Below, piece after piece: positions 43,108 to 53,306 of a DNA stretch of 64,000 nucleotides. Made by a program: the position numbers and the translations under genes. Below the pieces are notes generated by a model. That model made no database searches. It had not been told where the DNA came from and saw nothing but the letters and a program-made list of their open reading frames with translations. Origin of the DNA: Trypanosoma brucei (lineage: Eukaryota); NCBI GenBank assembly GCA_000002445.1, contig CP000070.1:608001-672000 (forward strand). Direction: 5' to 3'. The stretch's first letter is position 1; each line of letters opens with the position of its first letter.

Positions 43108-43788
43108 TCACTCCGCGCCTTCCGTAGCATCATCATCATCTGCATCACTGAATGATTGTTCAAGCGACTCTTCAACAACACGCCTCACACGCTCCTCATA
43201 CTTGTCCCTGCTTTGGACATACATACTGGCCGCCTCAGCGTTGGCTGCAGAGTTAGGGTTTGGATCTGAAAGTAGTGAAATAATCATCAAGAGAACCGAC
43301 TCCACGCTCAGTGACGGACACCATTTGTCTTTCAGTGTATCAAGGCAGATGTCCCCATTTCCATACACATTTGGGTGAAATATTTTTGTTGTAAACCGCA
43401 CAGAAGGCGGAGAAAAGGGATACTCAGGGGGGAATTGCAAAAGCAGTTTGAACACACCACCTTCCCACGCAGTCCCATCTGGACCAAGAACGACTGCCTT
43501 CCATTGGAACAAATCGCCCTCCAGCGGCCTCGTCCAAAACTGTTCGCACTTGTTCATATGAATAACCTGCAAGTCGTTCATGAGTCGACGTTGGGCACTG
43601 GCAAAGTTATGTGAATTCTCTACCGTTGCTTGAGGCTGGGGAATAGACCGAACAACCGCCTCCGCCTCCGCCTCCGCCTCCGCCGTCACCTCAATCCCGT
43701 GCGGTGCCGTCTCTTCTCCGTCTATAGCAACCCTGGCAGTTTGCCGAGAAATATTAATGGCTGCTTCATTGGTAGATTCATTATCCAT
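43108..43788 (-). CDS. RAD6: ubiquitin-conjugating enzyme E2, RAD6/UBE2A-like, with ~70 aa N-terminal extension and acidic C-terminal tail
   Basis: The UBC fold has the HPN motif and catalytic Cys (FKLLLQFPPEYPFSPPSVRFTTKIFHPNVYGNGDICLDTLKDKWCPS). It is closest to RAD6 (AQRRLMNDL; SDPNPNSAANAEAASMY). The tail is SFSDADDDDATEGAE. ATG at 43786-43788. Confidence 0.8.
   Translation of the reverse strand: MDNESTNEAAINISRQTARVAIDGEETAPHGIEVTAEAEAEAEAVVRSIPQPQATVENSHNFASAQRRLMNDLQVIHMNKCEQFWTRPLEGDLFQWKAVVLGPDGTAWEGGVFKLLLQFPPEYPFSPPSVRFTTKIFHPNVYGNGDICLDTLKDKWCPSLSVESVLLMIISLLSDPNPNSAANAEAASMYVQSRDKYEERVRRVVEESLEQSFSDADDDDATEGAE
43656..43684. repeat. perfect (CCGCCT)n hexamer repeat inside the E2 CDS, encoding (AE)n
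   Basis: ccgcctccgcctccgcctccgcctccgcc on the plus strand; in minus sense it encodes TAEAEAEAEAV in the N-terminal extension of the RAD6-like E2. Confidence 0.85.
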
Positions 43789-44787
43789 TGGTTTTACACT
43801 TCACAACAATGCGTACTAACTGTTGCTGTCTCTATCTTACTAACGTTTCCTTCGCAGAGGAAGAGACAAACGCACACACACACGTGGCAATTACTACCTT
43901 ACTGTTCACTAATGGTAAACCTCCCAAAAGGCTTCTGTAGGCCTCGACACGCGCAATTGTTACTGTCGATGCGCCTGGGTAAGGTCACTGTTATTGTTTC
44001 TCTAACCGCATGATAGCAGAAAAAGAGAAACCGATGGTAGAAGAGTTTTTTTTTAAAAAAAAGGTAAAAGAAGTACGCTATCCAAGTCGGAATCGGATAC
44101 GAAGTTAACTCCGTCTCACATTTGACATGCGCACTCCTCCACCCTCATAAACACACACGCACACACACACACACATAAAAGAAAAAGAGATATGCCGCTT
44201 GACGCCACGGTCATTTACTTCCCCTCATTTTTCGGCTACTCGCCTCCGCACTTTGCCCCTATGCACAGGTACATATATATATTTATTTATTCAAAGCAGA
44301 ATAAACAAATACCTTCAGCGCCTGGACCTTGCCGTTTCTGCTTATTGAAAATTTTCCGAGCTGCCACCTTCCTCTCTTTTCTTCCGCCTTTCTTTCGTGT
44401 ATCACAAATGGACAACACCGATGCCTCTTACCTCAAGTCTTCACTCCAATAACAGTGGTGGAAACCAAAACTTCGCGGCACATCCGACGAGCCGACGTGT
44501 GCTACGCTTAATAACAGTGAAGAAAATTAAAAAGCAAAAGCAGCACCTCTACAAGCACATGACACATGGTACAAAAACTGCCGCGGCAGGGTAACGAAAC
44601 CGTTTTAAACTACTGAAAAGTGAAACTGCATGCGACGAAGAATACGGCCAAGGAAGGAATAAAATCCCGTAAGACAAGAGCGAAAGCGAGGTAAGAATGA
44701 TAACGGGTGATGACAAAGCGTGCCAAACGTGGCAGCGCAAAGGGGTAGAAGAAAAAGTAAGAAATGATGGGGTTTCTCAACACATAC

Positions 44788-44808
44788 ATATATATATATA
44801 TATATATA
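44788..44808. repeat. (AT)n microsatellite
   Basis: Uninterrupted run in the E2-RPT5 intergenic region. Confidence 0.85.
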
Positions 44809-45350
44809 CGTAATGTATATGCTTATATGGGATTGTTGAATTTCTGCCAAAGGGGGAGAAAGAGGTTCAAACAAAAAAAAATCAAAAGAGCACCAAAAAA
44901 TATATACGACACTGTGGAATTCATGACTCCATTCCTCCCCTCCATGAACAACCAACACCCCTGTGCCGAAGTGAGTTGTCCCATAAAACTCGTATCGTAC
45001 TATTCAGCATTGACTCTCATTTTCCTCTCCCATTTCCCCACTTCCCTATCAACACCAATGGTTTTGCTTCCCATATATTCTTCCCTAATCGACACCCAAC
45101 ACACAGAGTCCGCAGAGTACAAATAAATAAAAAAAAACGTGCTCTCGGCAACTCTTTTTTGCGGCCAAACGAACCTCAATCCTCGAGACGACGCTGAAAC
45201 CACAACCAGACCTCACACAGCAGCACAATGCATCATCTGCCGCATGATGTTAGCGTAGGTGGGTCACCCTTGCACGCCTGTGGATACACGGAAAGAGGAA
45301 AAAAAAACAGAGCACGCAAAACAAAGTGAAGACAAAAGGCTGTGGGTAAA

Positions 45351-46688
45351 CTATGCGTAATAGTTCAAGCTAGATTTTTTGCGTGCTTGCACAGCCGTAA
45401 CCCCCTCTGCGAAGTCCTCGTGAGCCACATAAACCCGCTCGTTGCGGAGTGCCAACATACCGGCCTCGACACACACAGCTTTGAGTTGTGCCCCATTCAT
45501 ATCCTCCGTCATGCGGGAAATCTCTTCAAAATTCACATCCCCATGAAGTGCCATGCGACGGGAATGAATTTGAAGAATGTGAGCGCGGGCCTCCTCATCC
45601 GGAAGAGTGAACTCCACCTTTCTGTCAATGCGCCCGCTACGCAACAGAGCGGGATCAAGGACATCGATACGATTCGTTGCCGCAATAACCTTCACGTCGT
45701 CGGTGCTTCCAAAGCCATCAAGCAGCGAAAGGAGCTCCAACATCGTGCGCTGCACTTCCCGTGACCCGTGTTTACTTCCCTCGTCCGAACGGCGCGAGCC
45801 GATAGCATCGAGCTCATCAATAAAAATAATAGTTGGTGCTCTCTTCTTCGCAAGAGCAAAGGCGTCTCGAAGGATACGCGCTCCCTCCCCAATGTACATT
45901 TGTACGAGCTGCGGTCCAGCGAGGCGCAAGAAGCAGGCATCAGTTGCGGCTGCACACGCACGGGCCAGCATGGTCTTTCCAGTACCCGGAGAACCATAGA
46001 GCAGCACGCCCTTCGGTGGTTTAATACCAATACGCACATATTTTTCCTTTTCCGTAATGGGAAGCACGACGGCCTCAATCATTTCATTAATCTGTTTATC
46101 GAGTCCTCCCACATCGGTGTACTTTTCTTTGGGTTTCTCTACAATCTCCATCGCCTTCACACGGCTGTCGTACTCCGGTGGAAGTTCTTCGAGTACAAGG
46201 AAGGTATCCTTGTTTACACCAACGAGGTCCTGTGGGGAAAGTTTGTTTGCGTCAACAAGGCCAACAACAGGAAGAAAAACCGTCTGCCGGCTTGATGTCT
46301 TTATTATAGCGCTCTTTTGTGGATGTCGAGACTTTTTCTTTCCAACATTCAACTCCTCCACATCCTGGTCGTCTGCCTCAAGATCCAGTACCTCTGCGAT
46401 GCTGGCAACGAGATATGGAAGCTTGTTGCTATCGCGCACACGTTTCTGGCTCTCTTCCACCTCCCTTCTCAACCCCGCCAATTCCGAAGACATGGTTCGC
46501 TCCTCATTCTTCAACTGATGTATTTCACGCTGAAGCTGCGTTGAGCGGTTGCGAAGCTGCTGGTTGGTGAGTGAGTCGATGTTCTCCAATTCCTCCGGTG
46601 ACAACTGCGCCGCTGCTGACGCGTCACTGGTGCCCCCCCTGTCGCCCTCCGCTGCCCCACCGGTTGCCCTTGCGGTGTCCTGCGTCAT
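45351..46688 (-). CDS. RPT5: 26S proteasome regulatory ATPase subunit RPT5 (PSMC3/S6a)
   Basis: RPT5-specific segments [31 protein letters not shown] and C-terminal KKSSLNYYA are present. Walker A GSPGTGKT. The track ORF starts at TTG (46727); the ATG (MTQDT) is at 46686-46688. Confidence 0.9.
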   Translation of the reverse strand: MTQDTARATGGAAEGDRGGTSDASAAAQLSPEELENIDSLTNQQLRNRSTQLQREIHQLKNEERTMSSELAGLRREVEESQKRVRDSNKLPYLVASIAEVLDLEADDQDVEELNVGKKKSRHPQKSAIIKTSSRQTVFLPVVGLVDANKLSPQDLVGVNKDTFLVLEELPPEYDSRVKAMEIVEKPKEKYTDVGGLDKQINEMIEAVVLPITEKEKYVRIGIKPPKGVLLYGSPGTGKTMLARACAAATDACFLRLAGPQLVQMYIGEGARILRDAFALAKKRAPTIIFIDELDAIGSRRSDEGSKHGSREVQRTMLELLSLLDGFGSTDDVKVIAATNRIDVLDPALLRSGRIDRKVEFTLPDEEARAHILQIHSRRMALHGDVNFEEISRMTEDMNGAQLKAVCVEAGMLALRNERVYVAHEDFAEGVTAVQARKKSSLNYYA

Positions 46689-46734
46689 CTCGGTAGCTGG
46701 AGGATGAGCAAATATACGCTCCAACAACTAATCA

Positions 46735-46765
46735 GCACAATTTTTAAAAAAAAACAAAAAAAGAT
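46735..46765 (-). promoter_or_regulatory. polypyrimidine tract upstream of RPT5
   Basis: Plus strand reads tttttaaaaaaaaacaaaaaaagatgaaa, which is T-rich in minus sense, about 50 nt 5' of the RPT5 ATG. Confidence 0.35.
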
Positions 46766-47396
46766 GAAATAAGCCCTTCCGAGCTTGTCACTGATCTCCT
46801 TTGGTCTCTACTTTCCTTCAACAGCTGCACACAAAAATACGCGAATGCACACTCTCCCCCTCCCCCTTTGTGTATCGTTCCTTCTCGCGAGAAGTAACCA
46901 CCACTGACGTACCTCCTTCCTTTGGTTACTCCTATCCACTTGCCTTTGTTTTTACTATTGGGCTTCTTTTTTTTCCCCCCTCTTTCTTTCCCCTTCCACT
47001 GCACTCGTCCCCCTTTCAAGAGAAAGTAAGAAGTAAAGGGGCCCAAACAAAAATAAACCGCCACGCACAAGTCCTCGTTGATGGTACTCCTGTCGGTGAC
47101 CGGTATTGATATGTGCTACGTGAGCCTTATATCCCTCCGCGTTAGCTGCTTGAGAGTGGCGCAATACGTTATACAAGGAAATTAGTAAAAGGTGCAAAAA
47201 AAAAAAAGAGATGAGATGAGATGAAACAACTGGAAAAGAGAAATCTGAAAAATGAAATCAACTACGTTCACTCCAAAGTGCATCATAACATCCACAATTC
47301 TCACGCAGTGTGAAACAAAGGAAAAAACAGAGGGGCCCAAAGTATTGTTTTAAATCAATACTGTTCCAAGCACCATCGTGTGCGCTCTTGAGTCAG

Positions 47397-50300
47397 TTAT
47401 TCAATAAGAAAAAATGTGAAGGGCCCACCAGCGCTTCGTGTCACAACAACACGTTCGCCGGTTTCTCCTGATGTATGGGATTCACCCAGTGACCTCTGGG
47501 TTTGATTATGTAAGAAATTGAGCCGAGCGAACAAACTCTCCCCTCCCACCTCCCTCTGTTTCCCACATTCCTGCGACGCCCCATCTGTCAACCGAAAGCA
47601 GAAGGCCCACTTGCCACCACATGCATCCTGTGCACAAAATAATATCCCTCTATCAGCCACCACTGTCGCAGGCGCCCGCTGCAAACGTACAAATGGTGCA
47701 ACTATCGGCACATTTTTATTTCCTACTTCAGAAACTCCCGTCGATGCGACGGGAGGAATGGCAACCAGCTGAAGGTCCCACCACCCACAGTGGAAAGAGT
47801 GCGAAACCGCGACGAGTGTTAGTCCACTTAGGAAGGAAATGACAATTGCGTAAAGCTGACAGTCACCAGCGGGAAGACGAACACACTGAATGAGGGTGGT
47901 TTCAGTGAAAAAGGGAGTGACATCCACATGACACTCGTCCGCAATAACATTTCTGAGGTCGAGCACGACTTTTGTATTGTCCCTCGATGCATGATCCACT
48001 CGATCCTCACACGAGGGAAGAAAACGGGCAACAAGGTCGAGGCCAGTGGCGGAAGTCACAAACAAAAGAGCACTCGTCACGGCACGCAACACACCACTCG
48101 AGCAGTACATCATCTCACCTCTACAAAGCGTGTGCCCAGCAACCTGTTTCTCCAAGTGATTTAGTGTCACATGTTGTTGGGGGCAGACAGACGGCATAAA
48201 AGCGAACAGCGGGTGACCGTCAGTTGTCAAAAAGCAAACATCAGTGACGCAGACAGCAATCACATGCTCAGTTCCCTCGCTCGACTCAGATAGAAGCCAC
48301 GGCACCTGTAGCAGCAGAAAGACAGAGTTAACACCTGCTGAACCAACGTCTCCATGCACGTAAGGAGTAGTGCTAGCGGAGAGAAGAAAGAAAAAACTGC
48401 TGTCATACATCGCAAACGGTCGAAGCATGCACGCAAATAGCGACGGGAAGGCCCCTATAGTTTCTGAAGGGGATGCTCTCAAGTCACCCACCCACAACAC
48501 CTTTCCCCCTGCGGTCACAATGATGGCGGTGCTCCAACAAACGAACAAAAGATTGATTTCATCAAGACTGTCGAATGTGTTTCCCCCTGCTTTGACATCC
48601 ACACCTCCACCACCAACTCTCTTCCTATTCCGCATGGCCGCCATGCAGACGTCCACTGTTGCTGACGAAAAGAGTAATGTCAACGCCGCGCTCATATCCA
48701 ACTCGTCCGCTGAAGGCCAATGAACTTTTGAAAGCCACTTGTAGTTCTTTTCACTACGGGAGACAGCTGGAAATAATTCAGATGCTGGCTCTGATGAAAA
48801 ATGCCTGCAGAGGTAAATGTCACCTGATCGAAATACAGCAATCTCCTCCCCTCCCACATGCTCCTCCCCGTCGTCAAGTACATAACCGCAAGTAGCAGCC
48901 TTGGCCGGGGGGAGGATGCAATGACTCAGCACATCAAAATCCACACTACGTTGAGCCCCAACACTGTAGTAAATATCTGTGTCGCTTGAGAACTGTAAAG
49001 TGGGCCGGATGCCAACACGGGGCCATAAGCATCCTGAGTTACATTGCTGTTTCCCTGAAACACGTTGACCCGTTTCTCCGTATTTCAGTTGGAGGGCACC
49101 CTTGTCCTTTGCTAACAGTTCCCCATGGGTGAGAGAGCAGTACATGTGTCTCACATCCCTACTATATGTACCTTCAACAGTTTTGTCGTCAGGTTCATCA
49201 CAAACAACAGAAGTCACAACGGATCCTTTACCGCCGTCCCATCGCACAGCCACTAACTGACTAAGATGCTGAAACGGGTTACACCCTCGTGGTTCACATA
49301 AGGTTACAACACGGGCTAATATGCTGAAAACTACGGGGACATCACCACTCGGGCGCTTCCCCTTATTGCCCAAAGGAGACGCATTAGATATCACCTCCAA
49401 GAAGAGAAGTGCACCCCCACTGCGAATGGCCGCCACCGCAGCAACAATCCGTTGGACCCCTGAAGCCGCACCACTGACACGCCGTTCCTCAAACGGTTCC
49501 ACAGCACAACTTACAGCGCTCTCAATAAATCCCCCAACGGGACACCGAGCCACTTCGCCGCACTCACCGTAGAGAACAAAATCAAATCCTCCCCCTTTCT
49601 CGCAGACCTCCATTGCACGCACCGCTACAGGTTCCCACGTTGCGTAGGCACTGTCTTCCCGTAGAAAACTGCTCCGGGGGTACATAACATGAGCTGGGCG
49701 AAGAAACACACCCAAAACGTCACCAGCACATGCCTTAGAATAAGAAAGGAAGCGAGTTGGTGGGGCATGAGATGTTGCGGCATCACTAACGTGCAACAAA
49801 AAGCAAGGATGAGCGAGTGTGAGAGCTTCAAGACGCCATGGACCGTTCATACAAAAGCCGCTAACCTTTTCACGCCAACCATTCCACGAGCACTGACCCC
49901 TAAGGTCCGACTCACTTTGATCCACACTTTGCCGCCGCATCGACAGTGCAAAGATGGAAAGACGGTCAACAAGAGCATCGCCTTTTACATGCATATGCTG
50001 GTGCAAAACAGCCAACAAAGGGTACTGTTGTTCGTAGTCGTAGGAACAAGGCAACCAATGGACGGCCCGCGCCTCACGCACAGCTGCAAACGAGTCGTTG
50101 GTCCACCCAGCAACTTGCATAAAAAGTGCGCCAGCGGCTACTTGGCTGAAGCCACGCAGTTCACGCCACTGTTGCGAACTACCATCCCTGTCATCTGCAG
50201 TGCCCTTTTCCCACCACACTAACTCAACGTACTCCACCCAACCCACAACCCGCACGAACGCAATGCGCAGAACAGCCAAATGCCCTCTGTAAGAATTGCT

Positions 50301-51014
50301 ATGAGGCCCCATAGATAACGGCCGATTCTGTCTCTGTAAAGTTGATGATGAGGATGGCGGTGGGAACGTAGGAACCGAGGCAGCGGTTGCAGCGGCACCA
50401 GTAACAGCAGCGTCATCGCAACAATCAATGACGGAACTTATCGGCACATAATTTTGCCGGAAGGCATCTGCAGAACACGCCAAACCACCAGCGCCATTGC
50501 GAAACCACCGAGCAGCCAGCAGTGACGCCTTCCCGAGCGATCTGACCTCCAGTCCGGGGCCAGGGGTTGCGGTGTTAAGCGTAAATGACGCAAAAACAAG
50601 GCAGTCACACTCGAGAACAAAAAATACAACGACATGCAAACCTTCCACACGCACCGTTGAGGCGGCAGCAATACCACAATAACCTCCACATAGAGAACAA
50701 ATGAGGCATTTCTTCGCTGCTCGTTGTTCTTTTTTAACCTCCACCGCAGCAACACGCTGCAACTCACACAGAAGTGTACCGCCACGGTCCTTATGGGCGG
50801 CACTCCCACCATCATGACCTCTGCTTACTTTATCGGGGAAAAATACCTGATCCCGGGACCCCGTCCCACTTTTGTCACTACTCACAAGAAATAATATCTC
50901 GGAGTCACCAAAAACAAAGACATCAACTACCGAATTACTAGTTTGCTGGAACCGCTGCGAGAGCTGCGACGATGATGATAAAAGTGGGGGTTTTGCATGA
51001 AGCAGGCGTTGCAT
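47397..51014 (-). CDS. hypothetical large protein
   Basis: A ~1200 aa uninterrupted ORF in PTU orientation with non-repetitive composition. The track ORF starts at GTG (51062); the first ATG (MQRLLHAKPP) is at 51012-51014. No domain recognised. Confidence 0.5.
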   Translation of the reverse strand: MQRLLHAKPPLLSSSSQLSQRFQQTSNSVVDVFVFGDSEILFLVSSDKSGTGSRDQVFFPDKVSRGHDGGSAAHKDRGGTLLCELQRVAAVEVKKEQRAAKKCLICSLCGGYCGIAAASTVRVEGLHVVVFFVLECDCLVFASFTLNTATPGPGLEVRSLGKASLLAARWFRNGAGGLACSADAFRQNYVPISSVIDCCDDAAVTGAAATAASVPTFPPPSSSSTLQRQNRPLSMGPHSNSYRGHLAVLRIAFVRVVGWVEYVELVWWEKGTADDRDGSSQQWRELRGFSQVAAGALFMQVAGWTNDSFAAVREARAVHWLPCSYDYEQQYPLLAVLHQHMHVKGDALVDRLSIFALSMRRQSVDQSESDLRGQCSWNGWREKVSGFCMNGPWRLEALTLAHPCFLLHVSDAATSHAPPTRFLSYSKACAGDVLGVFLRPAHVMYPRSSFLREDSAYATWEPVAVRAMEVCEKGGGFDFVLYGECGEVARCPVGGFIESAVSCAVEPFEERRVSGAASGVQRIVAAVAAIRSGGALLFLEVISNASPLGNKGKRPSGDVPVVFSILARVVTLCEPRGCNPFQHLSQLVAVRWDGGKGSVVTSVVCDEPDDKTVEGTYSRDVRHMYCSLTHGELLAKDKGALQLKYGETGQRVSGKQQCNSGCLWPRVGIRPTLQFSSDTDIYYSVGAQRSVDFDVLSHCILPPAKAATCGYVLDDGEEHVGGEEIAVFRSGDIYLCRHFSSEPASELFPAVSRSEKNYKWLSKVHWPSADELDMSAALTLLFSSATVDVCMAAMRNRKRVGGGGVDVKAGGNTFDSLDEINLLFVCWSTAIIVTAGGKVLWVGDLRASPSETIGAFPSLFACMLRPFAMYDSSFFFLLSASTTPYVHGDVGSAGVNSVFLLLQVPWLLSESSEGTEHVIAVCVTDVCFLTTDGHPLFAFMPSVCPQQHVTLNHLEKQVAGHTLCRGEMMYCSSGVLRAVTSALLFVTSATGLDLVARFLPSCEDRVDHASRDNTKVVLDLRNVIADECHVDVTPFFTETTLIQCVRLPAGDCQLYAIVISFLSGLTLVAVSHSFHCGWWDLQLVAIPPVASTGVSEVGNKNVPIVAPFVRLQRAPATVVADRGILFCAQDACGGKWAFCFRLTDGASQECGKQREVGGESLFARLNFLHNQTQRSLGESHTSGETGERVVVTRSAGGPFTFFLIE

Positions 51015-51884
51015 CCCCCTCTGCTCTCCCTCTCTATGGATGGTGGTGTAATAAAAGCACACCTTGCGTTATCGGTTTAGTTGTTGATAAAAGTTAGCCG
51101 AAATATTAAGCACACACCCGTGGAATGCACCACAGTTTGAAAAGTGTTTTTGAGCCGCAGCTGATGCTTTTTTTGTGCCCCCCTCGATCTCTCCAAGACT
51201 CTCTTCCTTTAACTCTTTCTTTTCCTCAATAAATCCAAGGGGCCTCTCTTCGTGGTATAAACTACCACCCGATTCCCTTTTTCTCTTCGAGTCTCGGGTG
51301 TTGAGGGTTCAACTACCCGCAAACGCTCACAAAATAAGAAGGACGAAGAGAAGAGGAGAAATAAACCAATTATGTGGAGAGATTAAAGACAAAAATTGCA
51401 CACACGAAGTAAAGGCTGGGCCTCAAAAATACAAGATGCCGAACCGGATGAAAAGAAAAATTAAACAACAACGTTGCGAATCCGCAGAAGTGAGATAGAT
51501 ATTTTTTCTTCTTTTCCTTCAAGAAAGAGAAATGTTATCTTTTTTTTTTCCTTTCTTTTGAAAGAGATTCATCGTTTTGCCATCAGGCAAAACAACATCA
51601 CTCACCTGTGACACCTGTGACAAGGGAAGTGAGGGCCAATGCAGGTACGAAAAAAATAAAGTGCAGAAGCTAACAACCGCCTAAAGGTTGCGAAACATGC
51701 ATACTCCCCCGCAGTCACGTCCTCAGTACCACCGTGACTCGACGTCAAGCCCGTACATTTCTCGTGGCAACACGAAATAGGAGACCTTACATTTCCCCCC
51801 CCTCCCTCCCTCCCTCACCAAAAAGAAAAAAAAACGACAAACAAGCAAGAAGAATATCTGAAAGAACAAGTTCAGAGATCCCCC

Positions 51885-53306
51885 TTACAACTTCGCCTCA
51901 CAGCCATACTCCCTCACGAAGTCCTCAGCAACCAACCCAGCGAGACGCCCTGCAAGCTCAAATGCTGTTAGTCCTACCGCACGCACATCTGTCGCCTTCG
52001 CCGCATTGGCAGGAATATGAGCCGATAAGCTGTACTCAACGCGGGGGTCTTCCTCTTCATCTCTGAGAATAATGAGAGGCTGACGCTTTACCTCACGTAC
52101 AGTTATCGTCACACCACGATCCGAGACGCGTTCAAACAGCCGCGTTTCATCTTCTGAGAGGTATACCAACTGACCATGTTCAGGCGGAAGTACATCAGCT
52201 ACGTCATCATCAGCAAGCTTTATGATGGGTGTAGAGGCGAAGAGTTCTACATCTTGTCGGCGGATGGGTGGACGTGAGCGAAGCAATAATCGAACATCAG
52301 GACCCTTAGCGTGCGTGCACCATGCCGTTTGCAAGTTCACCCATGCACTATTGACAGCGAGAACCTTGCCCTTATTGTCCAGGTCGACGTGTAGTTGATC
52401 TTTCGAACGTTTAATAGTTCCGCTGTAGGTGAGTTGCACACCTTTTCCGATGGGAGCAAAACCTTCCGGCTGCAGGAACTGCTCCTGTATCTTCGATAAA
52501 CATGACTCAGGAAGTGTCGGCACCCAAGTGTACGGATGGTTCACCTGTAACCGCTGTTGGAGCGTGTAGGATGAAACGATCCGACGATTCTTTCGCATTA
52601 CCGACGGCTTTAAAAGGAGTTTGCCGAAGTCCACGTAAAGTTCGCCATCCATTTGCAGATTGCTCATGTTCAAACAACACCACTGGAGAACTTTACTGTA
52701 TCTAGAACGAATGGCGACATCCTTCTCGGACGCCCCGAGTGTGTAGCACTCCGTATTCGAAGGAAACCCCGGGAATGCCGTTGTGTTTACTCGTGAAACA
52801 ACCACATCGGGTGCTGTGTCGCTAACGAGGAGTTGAAACGCCTTTGGGACCATATTGGCTGCCCCTTCATAAAAACCTGCTTGGGAAAGATCGAGAAGTG
52901 TTTCAGGCTGCATAACAGAAGCCTGATTCCATCGACCATATCCACCCTGTTGCCCATGCTGTTGGTGCTGTTGAGGTGAAGCAGCACCCTGCCCCCCACC
53001 CTTCACAGTAGTGTCTTTTGAGTGAAGATATTCCTCTACTTGTCGCACCACCGCCGCCTTCTTTGCGGCCGGATCCGTCCGTACACCGCAGCGCGACAGA
53101 AATCCTTGAAGTTGCGCAAGGGAAAGTGAAAAAAGATTCCCCTCATTCCATAACGCCCATACTCTCTCAGGTGTGACATTCTCTGCCGCCGCCGCCTGTT
53201 GATCCCGCATGTTTAGCGCTCCCTGCGATACACTGCCCTGATTCTGCCTCCTGACCATAATGTTGAAGGTACTACCAACAATGGAACGCCGCAATAAGCG
53301 AAGCAT
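51885..53306 (-). CDS. hypothetical protein with mitochondrial-presequence-like N-terminus
   Basis: 473 aa ORF with ATG at 53304-53306. The N-terminus MLRLLRRSIVGSTF is Arg-rich and amphipathic, like a mitochondrial targeting signal. A Q-rich stretch follows. Confidence 0.5.
   Translation of the reverse strand: MLRLLRRSIVGSTFNIMVRRQNQGSVSQGALNMRDQQAAAAENVTPERVWALWNEGNLFSLSLAQLQGFLSRCGVRTDPAAKKAAVVRQVEEYLHSKDTTVKGGGQGAASPQQHQQHGQQGGYGRWNQASVMQPETLLDLSQAGFYEGAANMVPKAFQLLVSDTAPDVVVSRVNTTAFPGFPSNTECYTLGASEKDVAIRSRYSKVLQWCCLNMSNLQMDGELYVDFGKLLLKPSVMRKNRRIVSSYTLQQRLQVNHPYTWVPTLPESCLSKIQEQFLQPEGFAPIGKGVQLTYSGTIKRSKDQLHVDLDNKGKVLAVNSAWVNLQTAWCTHAKGPDVRLLLRSRPPIRRQDVELFASTPIIKLADDDVADVLPPEHGQLVYLSEDETRLFERVSDRGVTITVREVKRQPLIILRDEEEDPRVEYSLSAHIPANAAKATDVRAVGLTAFELAGRLAGLVAEDFVREYGCEAKL

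Noticed and set aside
45768-46295. 175 aa plus-strand ORF, and others (45607..45999, 49689..50222, 56592..56939, 6538..6999)
   Set aside because: All lie antisense within strongly supported minus-strand CDSs (RPT5, the large hypothetical gene, the zinc-finger gene). They are shadow ORFs expected in GC-moderate coding DNA.
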